Shown: in pieces, positions 55,679-64,000 of the stretch | How the letters are laid out: every line of letters begins with the position of its first letter | Position numbering within the stretch: position 1 is the first letter of the stretch | Source: Octopus sinensis | Taxonomy: Eukaryota | Assembly: GCF_006345805.1 (NCBI RefSeq) | Contig: NC_043007.1 | Coordinates: forward strand, 55,180,001-55,244,000 | Length of the DNA: 64,000 nt | Direction: 5' to 3' | Position numbers and translations under genes: made by a program | The notes under the pieces: model-generated | What the model was told of the DNA's origin: nothing | The model's database searches: none | What the model saw: the letters and a program-made list of their open reading frames with translations, nothing else

Positions 55679-55806
<128 letters not shown>

Positions 55807-55815
55807 ATATATATA

Positions 55816-56356
55816 TCAATATCTATAAATCTGAAATGCGACAAATTTGTTCGTTTGGTTTTGGCATTGGAACGGGTTAAAGGCCACTAGAACCCGTCGG
55901 ATTGACTCCAAAATTTACAGGGACATGTAAAATGAGGTGAGGATGCGAGTGGGCTAGAAACCCCTATCTTAAAAGGTGTCGTTACTAGGGCAAAAAACGC
56001 ATACTTTGACAAGTCTCCTCTCATTCTCTTATCTGCATGTCTTCCCCCGTCTCTCTCTGTTTCCTCCCTTCCCACCACCTTCTCTCTATAACGACGTTTG
56101 ACATACTACTATCTTTCTTCCCGCCCCCTTCGCCAGTGCTGGCCCTCTTTCCCCCACCGCCTCCCTCTCTCTCTGTAAGTCTGTCTGCATTCATAGAGAG
56201 TTTTATTATCGCCACATCCACCACACAATCATGAGAACAAATATTATGAATCAGATATTTATTGGGTTAATTTATATATGTGTGTGTGTGTGTGTTCTAT
56301 ATATAAATATGTATATATAATGTATATATACAAAGTGTATATATCTGTATATATAA

Positions 56357-56392
<36 letters not shown>

Positions 56393-58142
56393 ATATATAA
56401 TGCGTATATATATATAATGTGTGCATTATGTGGTCGGTTGAGCTGAAAATATGCACACCTATGTTAAAAGTGCTGGCGAGTTTGCATGGCAACTATTTTT
56501 TCCTCAAATGAAAGGCTGACCTCTAGAACAAAATTCCTCATCTTATAAAATGTGGCCCGAGTAGACCCGAATGAAATCGGGTTATATTAACCAAAATGTG
56601 AAAAGAGGTCTAAATGGGGCTGGAAGGGGATTAAAATTTACAGGAGCGGGTGTTTAGGAATTCTCTGTTACATCAAGCTAAAAAATTTGCGCCAGCCTTT
56701 AAATCGTCAATGTGTTGCCATGATGAAGTTTTGAATGCTTGCCATGGTGAGTCTACTGTCGTGAGAAAGAATCACTTCAAAACTTGGTGTTTAGGAATTT
56801 TCGGATCTTTTCGGTTTGAACGGCAGTTTTTAACATAATTTCTAGGTAACAAAAATTTTTTAGTTACCTAGAAACTTTGTATACTGGTAGAATGTGTTTA
56901 TAAAACATCATTTTCTCTTGGCTTTCTTGAAAAAAATTCTGTAGTTTGTGACATATTTCGTCTTTAATTTCTTGCATTTCGTCAATTTTAACCAATCAAT
57001 GACCGTCTATTGAGGTGAAAGCATTCTGTGCCGTATGAATATGTCCCTCCTTTAAGAAACAGATTGGGTTTATTTACATTTGTGAAAAAAAAGATACCCT
57101 TCCCCCACCCCTGATCCCTAACCCCAACCCTAACTTACCCTAAATCTAAAATAGATTGAAATGCAATAGGTCGATTCTAGGGTCATAATTATGGGTGACA
57201 ATTTCATATGACACCGCTAGAAAAAACTGCCATTTTCTCTAGCGGTGTCATATGAAATTGTCACCCATAATTATGGCCCTAGAATCGATCTATTGCATTT
57301 TAATCTATTTTAGATTTAGGGTTAGTTAGGGTAGGGGTTAGGGATCAGGGGTGGGGGAAGGGTATCTTTTTTTCTTCACAAATGTAAATAAACCCAATCA
57401 GTTTCTTAAAAGAGGGACATATTCATACGGCACAGAATGCTTTCACCTCAATAGACGGTCATTGATTGGTTAAAATTGCCGAAATGCAAGAAATTAAAGA
57501 CGAAATATGTTACAAACTACAGAATTTTCTCAAGAGAGCCAAGAGAAAATGATGCTTTATAAACACATTCTACCAGTATACGAAGTTACCTAGAAATTAT
57601 GTTAAAAACTGCCGTTCAAACCGAAAAGATCCGAATTTTCTTTTACATCAAGTTCAAAATTTTACACCAGCCGTTAAACTGCCACTACGTTGCTGTCCGT
57701 CGTTAAGAAATGCCAGCCATAGTGACTCTACTATCCTCAGATTCTATCCCTTCAAACTTTGGTTTCCAATATTTTAAATTTTTTTATTCAGCTCGCAAGT
57801 TCGTCTGGCCCTTTTAAATGTTAGTGTTTTGCTGTCTGCCTTTAAGCAGACCTTTCTGTTGTCACTGCCTGATATTTATGATTGATCTTTCAAAATATTT
57901 TATTTCTCAACTTACTCAAGATCTTTTGTTGTTTATAAATGGGAGAGAGATAGACTGAGAAAGATAGAGAGTAAGAGAAAGCGAGGGAGAATCCGAGAGA
58001 AATGAAGAGTAAGAGAGTGGAAAAGTGAGAGACAATGGAGAGAGAAACAAAGAGGGAGACTGGTAATAAAAAACAGAAAGGAGGCAACAGAAAGTAACAA
58101 CCACACTCTTACCCGCGCGTAGAGCGGGTCACCTTAAGCTAG
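55816..58142 (+). mobile_element. Second non-autonomous Helitron, hosting the fold-back MITE
   Basis: The 5' end A|TCAATATCTATAAATCTGAAATG resembles the end at 9130. The 3' hairpin ACCCGC-gcgtaga-GCGGGT (58111-58129) is followed by CTAG|T (58139-58142). Both ends lie in (TA)n. Internal ~140-bp diverged direct repeats occur at 56658-56800 and 57633-57770. Confidence 0.65.
56803..57632. mobile_element. Inverted (fold-back) dimer of the Merlin-like MITE
   Basis: The left TIR is present at both ends, ~400-bp arms invert at about 57231, and there is a single TSD GAATTTTC (56795-56802 and 57633-57640). Confidence 0.92.
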
Positions 58143-58143
58143 T

Positions 58144-58214
<71 letters not shown>

Positions 58215-58394
58215 TATATATATAAATATACATACATATATACATATATATATATATAATATATATATGTATATATATATATATAATATATATATATATA
58301 AATATACATACATATATACATATGTATATACATACATATATACATATGTATACAACTATATATATACACATTCACATACACACACCTATATATA

Positions 58395-58680
58395 TGTATA
58401 TTTGGAGGGCAAGCCACTATGTGGTCAGCCGTATGCTAGAAGTAGATCACCTACGATCAAACTACAAAGAAAAGAATGTTCTCTAGAGGAAAATTCAGCG
58501 GACACCAGAACGAAAATGCGGGCAAGACAGTATTTAATTTTCATCTGTCTTGCCCGCATTTTCGTTCTGGTGTCCGCTGAATTTTCCTCTAGAGAACATT
58601 CTTTTCTTTGTAGTTTGATCGTAGGTGATCTACTTTTTGCATACATCCGACCACATAGTGGCTTGCCCTCCAAATATACA
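58395..58680. repeat. Near-perfect palindrome with 136-bp arms and a 14-nt loop
   Basis: 58395-58530 versus 58545-58680. The ORF track gives nearly the same peptide on both strands. Confidence 0.95.
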
Positions 58681-58781
58681 CATGTATTAGAATTTTCTCT
58701 GATTTTTCAGATTTTTGTATGCTAGGCTACTGGTTTTAAATTGATGTTAATTAAATTAATATTCAATTTATCTCCCTCATT

Positions 58782-58826
<45 letters not shown>

Positions 58827-58830
<4 letters not shown>

Positions 58831-59000
58831 ATCCAAACATGAAAACACAAAGAGAAAATACAACAACGCGAGGATGTGGAACAAATATAGTATTATTGGA
58901 CGCCCAGGAAGGGAAGAAGGAGGGTGAAACGTTTCGAGCAGAGCTCTTCGTCAGAAACATAGGAAAAGGAAAGATCCAGAGAAGGGAAGACAAATAAATA
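58827..59000 (-). mobile_element. Solo Penelope terminal fragment with a canonical-core hammerhead (58927-58954)
   Basis: CTGACGA-A-GAGC-tct-GCTC-GAAAC-GTT; the 3' side abuts (TA)n. Confidence 0.78.
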
Positions 59001-59995
59001 AATAAATAAATATACCCCCACAACCAATGTGATACTTGGGTGTATGTGAAATTTTAGATTAGTCAGTTACTTTAGAGAGAAAACTAATTTGCTTTAGGTT
59101 TCTAACAAACTGAGAATCGTGACTTTGACTGGAGGAGTTAAATGGTGGCTCAATAAATGCTAAGTCTTTTTGAAATCCTTGATGTAAAGTTATAATTGCA
59201 AAATAACGTAACAAATTTGTGCAGCATGCTTTTAAACAGTTATGGGGATTTGCTATCTACACAAACGTATAAAGAAGGTAGCCTTAGCAAAATTCACGTT
59301 ACAATCAAGCATATCTTTAGATACTAATCGAAACATACAGAGCATAGTAACTGAAAATCAAATCTTTAATAACACCAAGTAATAAAGGTGTAAGAATATT
59401 CCACAAAGGAACTGATGCCAAATTAATCGAGATTAACGTTTCTTCTGTTTTCTGGTGTCAAATACAGTAGTCTGATAGCCTTTAAACTTCTAAATGAAAA
59501 TTTTCCTGTTTCTTCCCCAGTAGCTATTTGTCAAACATTGTTTATTCTAATATTCGCTATCTCTCAGCTCATTAATGCATTCATGTTTATTCAAATATTC
59601 TGTAGACTTTTCAAAATTCCAAGACATTGTATAGAATAAAAAGAATATTGTAGTAAAAATATTAACCTATCTACCTTTTAATTATGTTTCTTCAGAAAAG
59701 GGTACGTATTTAGAAATTTCCTACATTTTGTTTCACCTATTAACCTACAGGTGGTTTTCTTTGAAACTTAGTAACGTGTTTAGAAATTTTTCATAGTTGG
59801 GTTTTCGTACTGCTTTCTAATATCTCACTACAATAATGGCGATTGATTTCCAGAACTGCTATAAGGCAAGACAAATTAATAGTTAAAGCATTAACCTAGC
59901 AGCCAGGTATGCGTGCTCTGCTTAGCCACTGAACGCGAAGCGCTGCAACAGTGTAGGCATCTAACAATCCTAATTCGTGAGATTTATATTTAAAT

Positions 59996-60394
59996 ACTTT
60001 TCTACTCTAGACACAAGGCCAGAAATTTTTTGGGAGGGGGACAGTCGATTAGATCGACCACAGCACGCAACTAGTACTTAATTTATCGACCCCGAAAGGA
60101 TGAAAGGCAAAGTCGACCTCGGCGGAATTTGAACTCAGAACGTAGCGGCAGACGAAATACCTATTTCTTTACTACCCACAAGGGGCTAAACACAGAGAGG
60201 ACAAACAAGAACAGACTAACTGATTAAATCGATTACATCGACCCCAGTGCGGAACTAGTACTTAATTTATCGACCCTGAAAGGATGAAAGGCAAAGTCGA
60301 CCTCAGCGGAATTTGAACTCAGAACGTAACGGCAGACGAAATACGGCTACGCATTTCACCCGGCATGCTAACATTTCTGCCAGCTCGCCGCCTT
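59996..60394 (-). mobile_element. Dimeric tRNA/Nin-domain SINE with a 16-bp TSD
   Basis: Head GGCGGCGAGCTGGCAGAAATG (A box), B box GAGTTCAAATTCC twice, and the core GCCTTTCATCCTTTC.GGGTCGATAAATTAAGTAC twice. TSD AGATTTATATTTAAAT at 59980-59995 and 60395-60410. Confidence 0.9.
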
Positions 60395-61435
60395 AGATTT
60401 ATATTTAAATCAACAAGCTGAATGGGTCAGGTCTTTTCACTTGAAATCTATATGTAAACTTGAATTTTCATTGGTTACTCAACAACAGCTGGGGTCAGTT
60501 TCAGCAATGAAACTTGCATCTAAATGGATAAGCATTTGACATTCAGACATTAAACCTACATTTCAGGATTTGATAAGGGATCACGCAGACATAGTGATGA
60601 ATTAGTTCTTGTAACGTTACGTAAGAGACCAATAATACCGCACTGATGTTCACATTTGTTGTTATATCCTTCATATATCACAAATATTGAAAGTTTCATG
60701 TAATATCTTGCAAATTTACTCCTACATCCATTTCATCAATACTCACTAATCACTTCCTTTCCAATATAAATGGCTTTGCTACATACCTGTAAGATATCCC
60801 AGCTTTGCCACCTTCTGTTTTGATCTATATCATTTAGTTTATTTTGTACAATTATTAAAAAACATATTAATTATTAACAAATTACTTAATTACTTACACA
60901 ACTGCTACTTATTTATCTATTTGTCTTTTTAGAAATTTAGCTAATCAATTACTTAATCTATTCATTTTATTACTGTTTAATTTACTACATCCGAGTTAAC
61001 CTCCCTCCAAACTACATCTACAGATAGTAGGGTACTTACTTTATTCAGTCATCTATAACTGTATCTCCTTATTAATCTTATTTTATTTGATCTCATATAA
61101 CATTATTCCATATTATATTTAATTTATTGGTCACAATATTATCTCTCAATAAATATAATTTTGAAATTATTTCATCCTCACTGGACACTTAAAAGATACT
61201 TTGCTGAATCACATATTATTTTGACTGGCCATTCACATGATGTTTTTGTAAACAATGGAATGTAGTTGCGCTACCTCTAGGTTAAACACATTTGCTGGGG
61301 ATGTGTATTCATTGCCACAACTGCTGTTGGAGGATCCAATAATACGCAAAAATTCAATACAAGCACACACACATACATAATACATGCATACATACAGACA
61401 GACATGCATGCATACATACATAATACATACATACA

Positions 61436-61470
<35 letters not shown>

Positions 61471-63306
61471 GTGTATATAATAAAACGAAAGATGTGTGTG
61501 TATGTGTGTGTACAGGCCTTTTTTCTTGATCCCCCTTAAAATCAATACTTTTCATCCGATTTCGTTCACCCTGAGAAAATACATCGCTTAAGTTCCAGAG
61601 ATGGTCATACACTCTTCAAAGTTTCCACATAATGAGTAATGCCGCCCCTAGGGGACGAAAACACCTTCTCATAGGTAAATAACAAATACCGATGATCGTT
61701 GCTTTAAAGGACATTACTCTTGATAACGTAGTTATGCTACTTTCACTTCGTCTTTAACTACAGTTTTTACAATGCCTATTCATGACAAACTGCCGATATT
61801 TGCACATTAGCAGTTCGTTGAAGTAGCCATGCGTGTATATGTGTGTGCGTATGTATGTGTGTGTGTATATGTTTGTGTACACCAATGTCTAATATTTGTC
61901 ACCAAATGATACAAGAAGAATACAGGCACATCTCAATACCATTTTATAATGAAAATATTTATATTTAACTGTATAATTAGGTTAGTTAATCGTCCATTTC
62001 TGTACAGGTTCCCCAGTAAGATTTTAAAATGGCATACTTGGAACTATTTAAAAGTTACCACTATTTGAAAAATCCTACATGGGAAATTCTAGTGGCGACT
62101 AGTTAATCGAGTTGAACTGTTTAATACACACAAAACCCACCCACCCAACACACACACACACACACACACACACGCATACAGACATACACACAAACACTTA
62201 TATGAACACGCACACACACACACACATATATGTAAGTGTGAACTTCCACTACTTTGATTTAAGACGTTAGCACTTCGCTCACAAACCCTTACTCACATTA
62301 TTTGGAAAGGGAAGTTGAAATCCAGTCTTCGGCAAGTAAGAGCCACATATTTTGAGTAGATGCTTCGTTGTGTGTGTAAGTGTTGTAGCATTTAAAAATA
62401 TCTCTAATAAATATATAAATCCATACTTCTTGATTCTTGTTCCATTTATCGCGGATTACACAAGCATTTGAATTCTGATATTCCAGTATTAGTCCAGTAA
62501 ATAGTGAGATGAAGCAGGCTTAGAAAAAATACCAGACAAAGAAGGATTGAACAGTTTGTCAGCCAAAATCGTTTGAAGCAGTTCTACAAATAAAATTTTG
62601 GTCAAACACTTCGAAATGTGTAATTGATTTCCTACTAGTAGTGCAGAGCTAAGGGCTGACGGTGTAGCTTTTAATGTACTGTGAGTCATATATTGAAAGT
62701 CATATAGAGAGAATCGCATATTGATTCTAAAAACCTATTGAGAGCATAGGTGATTGGCAGAACCCATGATTTGTAGCTATTCTATCATTCTCCGTGATGA
62801 TAAAATGTAGAGTCGACATCGGTGAGATTTGAAACCAGAAAATCAAGCAACTAATTACCACAAGGTATTTTGTGCGACACTATGTCAATCTTTCCAATGC
62901 AATAACTGCTACAAAGACTCATATATTGAAAGATATCTTGCGCACACTTACCTCCTCCAAGCGCATATACATTTACACTAGAACACGCACATGCACACAC
63001 ACACATGTGCACACACACATTCACGCACGCACGCGACGCATGCATGAATGCACGCGCGCTCACAAATTTTTGCATAAATGTACAAATATACGCATACATA
63101 GATTATATTGTTTGAAATGTTTTTCAGTAATAATAAGCATGATCTATTTTCAGGCGTGAGAGAAAATATATGGTCCAATATATGTGCTCTTACTTCTGAT
63201 TTATGTGCGACAGACCAGTATTTTTCTAAGCAGATGCGTGTTTCTATTCTTATTATATCAGACACAAGCTGCTGCTGCTGCGAAAGCTAGATACATTGAT
63301 GGAACA

Positions 63307-63340
<34 letters not shown>

Positions 63341-64000
63341 CATACGTACATGCACATATGCATACATATATACATGCATATGTCTGCTTATATATGTGTG
63401 TGTTTGTGTATATATGTATGTACACATCCATATTTGCATGAATTTCTTATAGTCTTGCATTATATATGATTAAATTGACTTCAAATAGTAGTTATTAAAC
63501 GTCTAATGTCACTGGTGTCTGAAATAAATAGAGTCTCAGTGAGTTTTTATTCTAAGCCATTCGAGGCTAATTTATTCCTATCTATCTATAAATACCACTT
63601 AACAGTATTTTCTAAATGGAAATCTGCGATAGACAACAGTTTTTCTTTTTACAAGGAAGTTTCTAAACTGCTTATTATCATGAAAGCTGGTATAATCTTC
63701 TGCAGATTCTAGCTTTTATGGAAAACACTTCAGAAGCAGTACATAAGCCCACTAGTGATGAAATATCCATTTCAAATAAGGTTAGGTTCACATCAATACC
63801 TGGTTTACCCTGACAGTCACAATAAATGTAAATGATTTGATTGAAACCTGGCAATACGAAAACAACTTCTTTTCACATACAGATTGGTTATATCAATGAT
63901 AACAGAATATTTACCCGCAGAGTTTCGTTAAATTATTTGGAGTCGCTACTTCTTGGAATTGAACACCTAAATAAGTTTACATCTCTATTCAATCTTTACG

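Noticed and set aside
62978-63290. Protein-like ORFs on both strands
   Set aside because: They are short and run into microsatellite, with no recognisable domain or convincing splice pair.

Overview
AT-rich eukaryotic (metazoan) DNA. It is most likely cephalopod/Octopus; this is an inference from the SINE families, the microsatellite load and the transposon repertoire. I cannot support any intact host gene. The window is (TA)n/(CA)n/(TAA)n microsatellite plus nested mobile elements: Penelope-like elements (RT + GIY-YIG) whose ends carry minimal hammerhead-ribozyme motifs, L1/Tx1-clade LINEs, R4/Dong-clade LINEs anchored in (TAA)n, two non-autonomous Helitrons, a deleted mariner, a hAT remnant, Merlin-like MITEs carrying telomere-type repeats, tRNA SINEs and several long fold-back palindromes. 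The best candidate system lies at 9130-16913. A Helitron there contains a head-to-tail pair: an ORF1-only, HAL1-like element followed by a full two-ORF Tx1-like LINE. The two share a 5' motif and a 3' stem-loop tail, and the motif ATT(G/C)CAGTCT recurs at all three junctions. The same 3' tail also occurs in a dimeric SINE at about 60 kb. Most ORFs in the supplied track are microsatellite artefacts. Alignments were made by eye; boundaries of degenerate elements are approximate.
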